DNA from: an uncultured cyanobacterium
GTDB taxonomy: Bacteria > Cyanobacteriota > Cyanobacteriia > Cyanobacteriales > CAWUOF01
DNA length: 64,000 bases
Reading direction: 5' to 3'
NCBI GenBank assembly: GCA_963744145.1
Contig: CAVUSO010000001.1
Span: forward strand, 5,408,001-5,472,000
Positions 31,091 through 39,788 of this stretch are shown here, one piece after another. The notes under the pieces are model-generated. The model was not told where the DNA came from and searched no databases. It saw only the letters and a program-made list of their open reading frames with translations. The translations under genes were made by a program, and so were the position numbers. Within the stretch, counting starts at the first letter, position 1; the number at the start of each line of letters is the position of its first letter.

Positions 31091-31270
31091 AAATCTAGCT
31101 CCTCAATACTTGGGACAAACTAACCCATTTTAACTGATTTTTTATGTAGCTATATAGTCCCACTTTGAGAGAAATCGCGATCGGCAGCACTCAGATTAAA
31201 GCATGATAGCTTTCTGGGTGCTGGTCTATGCAATTAGTCATGGTAGAGACAGTAACTATCAGCATCCTGC

Positions 31271-31290
31271 AACTCATTACTTTCTAGACT
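31271..31290 (+). promoter_or_regulatory. Shared upstream motif AACTCATTACTTTCTAGACT (copy 1)
   Basis: Identical 20-mer at 32073-32092, at a similar distance from the next start codon. Confidence 0.6.
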
Positions 31291-31377
31291 GTTGCTAAAA
31301 GAATTAAAAACATAAGCTGTTAACAGATAGAAAACAGACCACACAAAAACACAAGCAAAAAAAAGGAAGTCAAAAAT

Positions 31378-31812
31378 ATGCGTTTCAACAAATCGTTAGC
31401 TCTAGTCGGTATCGTTAGCTTAATGTTAGGTGGAATTGCCATCCCTGCTCGTGCTGATAGCTACTATTCAAATAATAATAGTTATAGTCAACAACGCATT
31501 CAAGCAGAGCGCCAAGCTGAACAACGCAGAATAGAAGCACAACGTCAAGCTGAACAACGCAGAATAGAAGCACAACGTCAAGCTGAACAACGCAGAATAG
31601 AAGCACAACGTCAAGCAGCAGCACAACATACACAAAACCAATATCACGCACAAGCACAAACTAATTCTAATACCAATGGGTATAACCAATATCACGCACA
31701 AGCACAAACTAATTCTAATACTAATGGGTATAACCAATATCACGCACAAGCACAAACTAATTCTAATACCAACGGATATAATACCACCAATGGATATAAC
31801 AATAATCACTAA
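31378..31812 (+). CDS. Secreted low-complexity repeat protein
   Basis: Signal peptide ending PARA; tandem EAQRQAEQRRI (33 bp) and NQYHAQAQTNSNTNGY (48 bp) repeats. Confidence 0.8.
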   Translation: MRFNKSLALVGIVSLMLGGIAIPARADSYYSNNNSYSQQRIQAERQAEQRRIEAQRQAEQRRIEAQRQAEQRRIEAQRQAAAQHTQNQYHAQAQTNSNTNGYNQYHAQAQTNSNTNGYNQYHAQAQTNSNTNGYNTTNGYNNNH

Positions 31813-31959
31813 ATTATTCAAGTAATCAACTTAAATCTTTAGAAAAAAGACACACCAAATTAGACGACAAAAATCGATCGCAGTAGCTGGTTTTCTCTGA
31901 AATTGCTCTTAGGTTTTTCTTAGGTTTTTTAACTCAATCTCATGCACCCTGATTAAATA

Positions 31960-31985
31960 CCTCACTGTAATAGTGGGGTTTTTTA
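31960..31985 (+). terminator. Intrinsic terminator
   Basis: cctcactgtaatagtgggg followed by a T tract; a similar hairpin lies at 32665-32690. Confidence 0.65.
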
Positions 31986-32072
31986 TTGGAATTTAAAGAT
32001 GCTCTATTTTTAGTCCCAGGGTGAAAATAGTCATAGGGTCAAAACCAGTAACTGTAACTTTTATCATTCCCA

Positions 32073-32092
32073 AACTCATTACTTTCTAGACT
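32073..32092 (+). promoter_or_regulatory. Shared upstream motif (copy 2)
   Basis: Identical to 31271-31290. Confidence 0.6.
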
Positions 32093-32177
32093 ATTAGAAC
32101 AAATTTTAAATAGCTATTCTAGCAACAGAAAACAAAACAACAACAACGCACTCAAAAATATCAGGAATTTCTCAACT

Positions 32178-32621
32178 ATGAAACTCAAAGCATTTTTCTT
32201 ATTACCCGGTCTAATTGCTCTAACTCTTGCTGTATCTCCCGTAATCGCTTCCTTTAGTCCCGCTCTTGCTGATTCTACTCAAACAGATGGATATGGTGGA
32301 AGACATGAAGAACATGGAAGGGGAGATAGATTTGAAAATTTAAACTTGACTGATGCCCAAAAAGCTCAAGCAAAACAAATTTTTGAATCTAGTCGTCAAC
32401 AAGAAGCTGCTGTTTTCACTGCTGATCAACAAGCTCAATTAGCAACAGCCAGAGCCAACCATACTAGACCTAATATAACTCTTAGTCCTGACCAAAAATC
32501 ACAACTTAAAGCAATTCACGAAAGTGCAAGAAGCCAATTTGAAGCCATCTTAACGTCAGAGCAACTACAACAACTGAAAAATCAACATCACTCTAACGAT
32601 AACTCAGATCAATCACACTAA
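32178..32621 (+). CDS. Spy/CpxP-like (LTXXQ) periplasmic protein
   Basis: Signal peptide and motifs LNLTDAQK, FTADQQ, LSPDQK, LTSEQ. Confidence 0.85.
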   Translation: MKLKAFFLLPGLIALTLAVSPVIASFSPALADSTQTDGYGGRHEEHGRGDRFENLNLTDAQKAQAKQIFESSRQQEAAVFTADQQAQLATARANHTRPNITLSPDQKSQLKAIHESARSQFEAILTSEQLQQLKNQHHSNDNSDQSH

Positions 32622-32851
32622 CCAGTCAATATTTAGGGTCTCCTATTTTCATCCTCGCTAATTTGCCCCACTGTAATGGTGGGGCGTTTCTGATTGGGGA
32701 TATTGGGGTTTGCCGATCGCTACCAATTCCTGATCACCCTTGCAAATCTTGATATCTGGACATCATGCTGATCGCATCCCCACCAAATCCCCAATTAATT
32801 AAACTTATCAGTCCCATAAGAAACGGTAATGAGATAAACGCCCCATAAGTG

Positions 32852-32890
32852 TTGACAGACTGTAAAGAAAACGTTACATTTATTTACATA
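32852..32890 (+). promoter_or_regulatory. Sigma70 promoter overlapped by an HLR1 (RpaB-type) direct repeat
   Basis: TTGACA (32852-32857), 17 nt, TACATT (32875-32880); GTTACATT-TA-TTTACATA at 32873-32890. Confidence 0.7.
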
Positions 32891-32914
32891 AGTTAACAAA
32901 GGAAGGACAGAAAA

Positions 32915-33082
32915 ATGAAAACCATTAACAACGAAGGTCTACTAAACAACTACGCGAGCGAACCACAGATTTACTATGCAGAATATCCATCCCCAGAAAA
33001 ACAACAACGTTATTTACTGCAAGGTGGAATCTTTATTCTGTCGATCGCTGCATTAATCTTGTTCTCAATTGGCATTAGCTAG
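32915..33082 (+). CDS. psb34: Ssl1498/Psb34 family photosystem II assembly factor, 55 aa (below the ORF-track cutoff)
   Basis: MKTINNEGLLNNYASEPQIYYAEYPSPEKQQRYLLQG plus a C-terminal TM helix; SD-like GGAAGG upstream. Confidence 0.85.
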   Translation: MKTINNEGLLNNYASEPQIYYAEYPSPEKQQRYLLQGGIFILSIAALILFSIGIS

Positions 33083-33229
33083 ATTTAGCAATCTAGAGCA
33101 TTAGTGACAGTTAAAAAGACCCCTCTTAATACCCCAAAATATGCTTGGGGTAGTTTTTTGTTTCTGAGTTTTGATTGCGTGGCGATCGCCAGCAAAATAA
33201 TCAAATCGATTTGATTCATAAATGGCATC

Positions 33230-33690
33230 TAGGGCAAAGCATTGAGGTCATAGATATCTCGAAGAACCCGATCACTGATCTGCCTCAATGCTTTGCCCCT
33301 ACAAATCCGGACAAAATTTTGTTAATGTTTTCTTGAGATTCACAAAACCATTCCAAAATCTGGCGATCGCAACGAAACTATCCCAAAATCTGGCGATCGA
33401 TATCTCCCTCAAAATCTAGCGATCGCGCAACCCCTCGTAGGGGCGAAGCATTCGGGCGATAATTAATCACTTAAACCGATAATATTATACCCGAATGCTT
33501 CGCCCTTCTTCTGGCGATATCTCCCAAAAAACTTAACTGAATGGTATTTTTATATAGTTGACTGAATGGTATTTTTATATAGTTGATCTGCTGGCTGCAT
33601 AGATGGTGAGGGCAAAGCATTTCGGTAATACTATTCTTCGTTTAAGCAATCACTTATTCGCCGAAATGCTTTGCCCCTACGGGTAACTAA
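33230..33690. repeat. REP/REPIN cluster (three long hairpins with GTAGGGGC/GCCCCTAC-type ends)
   Basis: Hairpins at 33230-33303, 33437-33506 and 33609-33680. Region 33437-33690 is duplicated at 37087-37312. Confidence 0.85.
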
Positions 33691-33726
33691 ATTGGATTGT
33701 AATATATTAGTAGGACTTATTTAGAA

Positions 33727-35511
33727 TCAATCCAAATCTATTTTGGCAAAGTGGTCTTGCAAATACTTATGTATAAAGCGATAGCGACCACCAATACGTT
33801 GCAATAAAAGACGTTCGGTGCAGTAGTTGAGCAGAAGATCATAGCGCAAGGGCACATAGTGATTCCAGGCAAGGATAAAACGCAGAGCAATGTGTTGTAT
33901 TAATGCTTGCCCACCACCTGCCTGAAAACATAAAAAAATTAAAATAGCTATAGAAGTCGCAATTAATATAGGGATAACTTGAGGATTAACGATACTGATA
34001 TTCGTGAGTATATGTTCTAAGAGGACCTTAAGGGGTATTGCTAACACCACGGCAATTAGAGTTAATACTACCATATTTTTCAGTGAGTTTTTGATGCCCT
34101 GATTAGGCTCAATCCTAGTTTGGATATCAGTTTTTAGCCCATGAATCAGCCCATGAATCAGCCCAAGAACCAGCCCAAAACCCAGCCCAAAACCCAGCCC
34201 AAAACTCAGCCCAAAACCCAGCCCATGAATCAGCCCAAGAACCAGCCCAAAACCCAGCCCAAAACTCAGCCCAAAACCCAGCCCGTAAGCAAGTGATCGT
34301 AAAATTTCTCGTCCTACTTTGTAGGACATTGAAATTGAAATTACTTCTACTGGCTCAATTTTCCCACCAACCAGACCACCAGCCAGCCCACCAGCCAGCC
34401 CAATAACCAGCCCAATAACCAGCCCAATAACCAGCAAACCAACCAGCAGACCAACCAGCCCAATAACCAGCCCAACAACGAGTTTATATGCCAATTTTTG
34501 CCGCCGAATAATAAGTTCGGTTGGCTGCATTTTTTCGATTAATAATTCCGTGCTAGATTCGCGAGAAAGCATCTTAGCGGTAAAAATAAGCGATCGCTTG
34601 ACTTGTTTATTTGATGGCAGTAACTTAGTACCATAAGTTTTGCTGCGAACACCTCGCCTTTTTTCATTAGGGTCAATAATCAATTCACGAGTAATAGTTG
34701 TTTCCCAATAAGTATTGAGCAAATATTCAATTCTTGTCTCGGAATCAATACGCGATCGCCAAGATTCAAGAGAAAACTTTCCTTGTGTCTGCACCAAACC
34801 AAACATAGATAAAAACAGAGGCGTTTTCAGCATCGCCTGCAAAGCTTCATCTTGCTGCACCGTTTGCCATACATCCTGCAACTGAAACTGAGTAAAATAT
34901 TCTTTAATTTGCTCAATAGTTAATGCTTGCAAATAAATCGCCCCATACAGATTCAGACGCTGCCGCACCGCATTCTCAAACTCTTCTCGCCGACAACAAA
35001 CTAACACACCGCAAGGTTGCTGCTCAATATCCCCCGTCAACCAAATATTAAGCATTTTTGCACAATCTTCTTGATACTGGGTTGCTACCTCATCCAACCC
35101 ATCCAGCATAGGTAAAAGTTGATTTTCCTTTAGCCATTGCTTTGCCAAATCCTGACCAATCCCATATTTTTCCTTCAACTCACCCAACAACCACTCATAA
35201 ATTGATTGCTGCGGATCTTTCCAAGAGGACAAACTAAGTAAAACTGGGATTGGCTCGATTTTATCTTTTATCGCTCTTTGCAACAAATCCTGTGCCAATT
35301 CCAGCATCATCGTAGTTTTACCAGAACCTGGTTCACCCAGAATTAGCAATTTACGCTCAATTTCTGGGCGATCGAATACCTCTACAATTCGAGTTCCAGC
35401 ATCCAAGGGTACTGCTAACTGGGATGCTTGCGCGATCGTTGCTGACCAAGGACGTTGGATGCGATAGTCTTGCTGTTCCATTCCCAGAATCAGCCATACT
35501 GCATTGTGCAA
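33727..35511 (-). CDS. NACHT NTPase with C-terminal GLxxGL transmembrane repeats; frame stays open upstream to 35706 with no ATG
   Basis: GEPGSGKT, LDGLDE, LLQRIGGRYRFIH and Gly/Leu-rich TM repeats. Confidence 0.88.
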   Translation of the reverse strand: MHNAVWLILGMEQQDYRIQRPWSATIAQASQLAVPLDAGTRIVEVFDRPEIERKLLILGEPGSGKTTMMLELAQDLLQRAIKDKIEPIPVLLSLSSWKDPQQSIYEWLLGELKEKYGIGQDLAKQWLKENQLLPMLDGLDEVATQYQEDCAKMLNIWLTGDIEQQPCGVLVCCRREEFENAVRQRLNLYGAIYLQALTIEQIKEYFTQFQLQDVWQTVQQDEALQAMLKTPLFLSMFGLVQTQGKFSLESWRSRIDSETRIEYLLNTYWETTITRELIIDPNEKRRGVRSKTYGTKLLPSNKQVKRSLIFTAKMLSRESSTELLIEKMQPTELIIRRQKLAYKLVVGLVIGLVGLLVGLLVIGLVIGLVIGLAGGLAGGLVGGKIEPVEVISISMSYKVGREILRSLAYGLGFGLSFGLGFGLVLGLIHGLGFGLSFGLGFGLGFGLVLGLIHGLIHGLKTDIQTRIEPNQGIKNSLKNMVVLTLIAVVLAIPLKVLLEHILTNISIVNPQVIPILIATSIAILIFLCFQAGGGQALIQHIALRFILAWNHYVPLRYDLLLNYCTERLLLQRIGGRYRFIHKYLQDHFAKIDLD

Positions 35512-35541
35512 CGACTGTGATAACCGCTCCTTTATCTCTGT

Positions 35542-35667
35542 TTTTACTGTTAGTAACAGTTTTTCTTGGGATGGTTCTCGTTTAGCTTTTAGTGGTTTTG
35601 GATCTTTTACTGTTAGTAACAGTTTTTCTTGGGATGGTTCTCGTTTAGCTTTTAGTGGTTTTGGATC
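35542..35667 (-). repeat. In-frame 63-bp tandem duplication (DPKPLKAKREPSQEKLLLTVK x2)
   Basis: ttttactgttagtaacagtttttcttgggatggttctcgtttagcttttagtggttttggatc occurs twice. Confidence 0.9.
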
Positions 35668-35684
35668 AGGTTGAGAATTGCAGG

Positions 35685-36176
35685 TTAAGACTTTTTTGCT
35701 AGTGCCTTAGACCACTTTATAAAAGTTGGGAAATGCGATCGCAAAAAGTTCTCTGTGTCCAGCTCTGCTTCATAGGACACATTAACAAACGGTGGTAGTA
35801 GAGACAGTGCCCCCTTTAACTTAGCAGCCGCAGGTGTTTCCGGTTTACTCACTTCAGCATAAATTTTCTGTAGCCATTCCAAGACTTCATCAGAATATTG
35901 CTGACTCGTTTGCAGTTGTCCCACTTGTTCTACAATCTCAGCAACAACAACTTCTGGTGCTGGATCTAGTATCGTGGTTGTCGCGGGTTCATCCGCCAAA
36001 ATTTGCCAATATTCTCTTTCAAACGGTTGCATCTCTTTTTTCAAATCCTTAATCTGCTGCTTAATCCGAGCCCGTTCTTCGGGAGCAATCGTTATTAATG
36101 TATCTTCTTTTCCTGCCAATTGGTCACGCAAACGGGTCAAATTTCTTTCAAGTTGGCGCAAGCGATCGCTGGACAT
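35685..36176 (-). CDS. Hypothetical helical protein; possible N-terminal part of a frameshift fusion with the NACHT ORF
   Basis: 163 aa, ending GCA AAA AAG TCT TAA. Confidence 0.75.
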   Translation of the reverse strand: MSSDRLRQLERNLTRLRDQLAGKEDTLITIAPEERARIKQQIKDLKKEMQPFEREYWQILADEPATTTILDPAPEVVVAEIVEQVGQLQTSQQYSDEVLEWLQKIYAEVSKPETPAAAKLKGALSLLPPFVNVSYEAELDTENFLRSHFPTFIKWSKALAKKS

Positions 36177-36344
36177 CTATCCACTCCAAAAGTTTTTAAA
36201 CCACTATATTCGGTTTTACTCCATCAATACCACTAGGCGGAAGCAAGCTACGCTTTTGACAGATCAGAATTTTCTCTCTTATCCTTAGTTAGTAAACGAC
36301 AATACAGTCAAGTTTAACTAGAAATAGAAATCTAGAAAAAAACC

Positions 36345-36938
36345 ATGTCTACCTTAATTCAAAACTTAACTGAAAACCCACCAGAGAAAAAAAATTGGAC
36401 TGATGACGAATTCATGACCCTGAGTCGAGATGGACATCGCTACGAAATTGTCAATGGCAAACTAATGGATATGGGAAACTCTGGCGCAAAACACGGTTAT
36501 ATTGCCATTATTTTAAGTGCTGCTTTGTTTAATTTTGTATCAACCAGAAAATTAGGAGTCTTGCTGGACTCTAGCACTGCATTTAAGATGAAATCAGGAA
36601 ATAAGCGATCGCCCGATATTTCCTTTGTGGATAAAAAACATTTACAAGGAATAGACGATCTCCCCAATGATTTTCTCGAAGGTGCCCCTGATCTGGCGAT
36701 AGAAATCCTGTCTCCTAGCAATACAGTGGCAGAAATACATGACAAACTGGTGGAATATTTTGAGAATGGGGCACGTTTAGTGTGGGTAATCCATCCTCAA
36801 GAACATTATGTTTTGGTTTATCGTTCTAGATTGGGACCCGATCGTCTGCTCAAGTCTACCGACTCCCTCAATGGTGAAGAAGTAATCCCTGATTTCACTT
36901 TCCCGATCGCGGATCTGTTTCAAAAACTCGCTTTTTAA
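36345..36938 (+). CDS. Uma2 family endonuclease-like protein
   Basis: RYEIVNG, RSPDISF, APDLAIEILSP. Confidence 0.9.
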   Translation: MSTLIQNLTENPPEKKNWTDDEFMTLSRDGHRYEIVNGKLMDMGNSGAKHGYIAIILSAALFNFVSTRKLGVLLDSSTAFKMKSGNKRSPDISFVDKKHLQGIDDLPNDFLEGAPDLAIEILSPSNTVAEIHDKLVEYFENGARLVWVIHPQEHYVLVYRSRLGPDRLLKSTDSLNGEEVIPDFTFPIADLFQKLAF

Positions 36939-37066
36939 GCGAATATCCGGTTTGTTAAGGATAGTAAAGTAATTTATTAATCAAACTATTTTTATATTGC
37001 AATACCACCGCGACAGCTTGTTGTTAACCTATCTACTTACCGGAGAATATTGATGCAAGTTATAGA

Positions 37067-37325
37067 TCAATACGGTTCAGTTAACTGTAGGGGCGAAGCA
37101 TTCGGGCGATAATTAATCACTTAAACCGATAATATTATCTCCGAATGCTTCGCCCTTTTTCTGGCGATATCTCCCAAAAAACTTAACTGAATGGTATTTT
37201 TATATAGTTGATCTGCTGGTTGCATAAATGGTGAGGGCAAAGCATTTCGGTAATACTATTCTTAGTTTAAGCCATCATTTACTCGCCGAAATGCTTTGCC
37301 CCTACAGGTAACTGAACCGTATTGA
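37067..37325. mobile_element. MITE with perfect 17-bp TIRs enclosing two REP hairpins
   Basis: TCAATACGGTTCAGTTA (37067-37083) and TAACTGAACCGTATTGA (37309-37325). Confidence 0.8.
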
Positions 37326-37636
37326 GTAACTATCGAGGAAAGCATTTCCGGTATTAGTAATACAACGAATTTTCATAATTAGATTCTACTGTTGTTTAGG
37401 GACAGTTTTGTGCTAGTGCCTTAGACCACTTTCTAAAAGTTGGGAGATGCGATCGGGCTTGCCCATAAGTAATTAGTTTAACTTATTTTATTTTAATTAC
37501 AACTAAATAAAAATTATATTTTAATTTTGGACTGACATAGTAACAAAACTTAAAGACTGATAATTACCTAGAAGTAGTAGGCTGAAAGACAAATAGCCAT
37601 TAAAATTGAAAAACCGTAACAAAAGGAAAAACTCTC

Positions 37637-37849
37637 ATGGTTCAACGCGGTTCTAAGGTTCGGATTCTCCGTAAAGAATCTTACTGGTTTCAGGATCTCG
37701 GTGTAGTTGCTTCTGTGGACCAAAGCGGGATCAAATATCCTGTGATTGTTCGTTTTGACAAGGTTAACTACTCTGGGATCAATACTAACAACTTTGCTGC
37801 CAGTGAATTGGTAGAAGTTGAAGCCCCAAAAGCCAAAGCCAAAAAGTAA
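37637..37849 (+). CDS. psaE: Photosystem I subunit IV
   Basis: [20 protein letters not shown]...[12 protein letters not shown]. Confidence 0.97.
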   Translation: MVQRGSKVRILRKESYWFQDLGVVASVDQSGIKYPVIVRFDKVNYSGINTNNFAASELVEVEAPKAKAKK

Positions 37850-37938
37850 GCAGCTAAAAGGCTCGTGATTATACCATAAGGTAGCCAAAGCTGTCAAGTT
37901 AGGGCACGTCCAACCAATCAAGTCAACAGCGTTAAACT

Positions 37939-38796
37939 GTGCCAGAACTACCTGAAGTTGAAACGGTAAAACGGGGTTTAAATCAAAAAACCCTGATGCA
38001 AAAAATAGTGGGTGGGGAAGTGGTGCTTGATCGGACCATTGCTCACCCTCTTTCTTGTGCAGATTTTCTAGCTGGTGTGACTGGGACAGCGATCGCGAAG
38101 TGGTACAGAAAAGGAAAATATTTGCTAGCTGAACTTACTCAACTAGAAGGTGAATCACCCAGATCAGCAGGTTGGTTAGGTGTTCATCTCCGGATGACAG
38201 GACAACTGTTGTGGTTAGAGCAAGATACACCATTACAAAAACATACTCGTTTACGGCTATTTTTTGGCGATCGCCAGGAATTGCGTTTTGTCGATCAGCG
38301 GACCTTTGGTAAAGTCTGGTGGGTGTCCCCAGGAGTTGAACCAGCAAGTATTATTACTGGGTTAGGACACTTAGGACCAGAACCATTTACGCCAGAATTT
38401 TCCCTTCTATACTTAGTTAATAAACTCCAACGTAGTCAACGTGCGATTAAAACAGCCATACTTGATCAATCTCTAGTTGCAGGTGTGGGTAATATTTATG
38501 CTGATGAAGCACTATTTGTGAGTAGGATTCGACCGGAAACTAATTGCACCAAGTTAACGACCGAGCAGATTTCTCGTTTGCGATCGGCCATAATTGAGGT
38601 GTTACAAGCAGGGATTGATTCTGGTGGTACTACATTTAGTAACTTTCTCAATATCCATGGGGTAAATGGTAATTATGCCGGAATCGCTTGGGTGTATAAT
38701 CGGGCTGGACAACCTTGTCGTAACTGTAGTACCCCGATCGAAAGATTAAAATTAGCTGGTATATTTAGTCATTTCTGTCCAAAATGCCAACATTAA
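37939..38796 (+). CDS. mutM: Formamidopyrimidine-DNA glycosylase
   Basis: MPELPEVE, HLRMTG, GVGNIYADE and a C-terminal zinc finger. Confidence 0.95.
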   Translation: MPELPEVETVKRGLNQKTLMQKIVGGEVVLDRTIAHPLSCADFLAGVTGTAIAKWYRKGKYLLAELTQLEGESPRSAGWLGVHLRMTGQLLWLEQDTPLQKHTRLRLFFGDRQELRFVDQRTFGKVWWVSPGVEPASIITGLGHLGPEPFTPEFSLLYLVNKLQRSQRAIKTAILDQSLVAGVGNIYADEALFVSRIRPETNCTKLTTEQISRLRSAIIEVLQAGIDSGGTTFSNFLNIHGVNGNYAGIAWVYNRAGQPCRNCSTPIERLKLAGIFSHFCPKCQH

Positions 38797-38799
38797 CCA

Positions 38800-39459
38800 T
38801 TAAGGACAAGAACATTTAGTCACAGGTTGACAGTGTTGATGATGTCTAGGATGTCGGTGATTAGTATCCCAATCGTCATAATAAGTGTCAGTTGTACATT
38901 CCTGTTGATCTTGACAAACAGTACTTCGTCCAAAAGTACCAGTATCACGAATATTCACATAGAGAGTTAAAGAGCCTTTTTCAATCACACTTTTATTGTC
39001 CCAAATTTCATAATCAAAATTATTTTCTCCAGACACAACGGAAAAAGTCTGGTCGTGTTGTCGGAAGTTTAACTTAAAATCAAAGCCTTCGGAAGATTGA
39101 CCATGGTCATACTCTCGGTCAGTATAAGGGAAAGAATCGTGATAAACTTGCTTGGTCACATTGCGAATGATTACCCTTCTTCCTGGAGCAGGAGGGGTTG
39201 AATTTGACATAAAGTAAGCTTTGATGCTCGGAGGTTCAAAAGCAGTTCCAGGACATTGTCCCACATATTTAACTCGATTAAATTCTAAAGTATTGCTGGA
39301 ATTATAGGTATCTTGGTTTTCAATGAAAAATTTGGCTGAGGGTGTAGACTCGGGTAAGGAAAAATCAGCGCTGAACACAAATGCGATAGTAGTCGCGATC
39401 GCTGAACCAACCAACAAAAAACGTTGCAAATACATAGTGATAACTGGATATTGGACCAA
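38800..39459 (-). CDS. Hypothetical exported protein
   Basis: N-terminal hydrophobic segment, YTDREY motif and Cys-rich C-terminus. Confidence 0.65.
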   Translation of the reverse strand: MVQYPVITMYLQRFLLVGSAIATTIAFVFSADFSLPESTPSAKFFIENQDTYNSSNTLEFNRVKYVGQCPGTAFEPPSIKAYFMSNSTPPAPGRRVIIRNVTKQVYHDSFPYTDREYDHGQSSEGFDFKLNFRQHDQTFSVVSGENNFDYEIWDNKSVIEKGSLTLYVNIRDTGTFGRSTVCQDQQECTTDTYYDDWDTNHRHPRHHQHCQPVTKCSCP

Positions 39460-39542
39460 GAAAATTGACTAAGGAGATTACTCCCTTAGTTCCACAAATA
39501 CTTTAAAATTAAAATTGTATCCCCAGATTTTTGAGCGAGCTT

Positions 39543-39758
39543 ATGACAGTTAAAAAAGGTGATCTAGTGCGTGCGATCCGGGAAAAGTTGGAAAATAGCT
39601 TAGAAGCAAAAGCTAGTGATTCTCGTTTTTCCCCTTATTTATTTGAAAGTAAAGGTGAAGTGTTAGACTTACGAGGTGATTATGCTTTGGTCAAATTTGG
39701 GTTAGTGCCTACTCCAAATATTTGGTTAAAGCTTGACCAGATCGAACCTTATCAGTAA
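39543..39758 (+). CDS. ndhO: NDH-1 subunit O
   Basis: [24 protein letters not shown]...VPTPNIWL. Confidence 0.93.
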   Translation: MTVKKGDLVRAIREKLENSLEAKASDSRFSPYLFESKGEVLDLRGDYALVKFGLVPTPNIWLKLDQIEPYQ

Positions 39759-39788
39759 ACTAGTTGAATATCGACATTTTTATTTACT

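Noticed and set aside
33350..33430. Three copies of CAAAATCT(G/A)GCGATCG separated by short variable sequences, superficially CRISPR-like
   Set aside because: The repeat (~16 bp) and spacers (~12-14 bp) are far too short, it is built on the HIP1 motif, and there are no cas genes.
34130..34480. 12-bp CAGCCC-containing tandem repeats
   Set aside because: They simply encode the GLxxGL transmembrane repeats of the NACHT protein.
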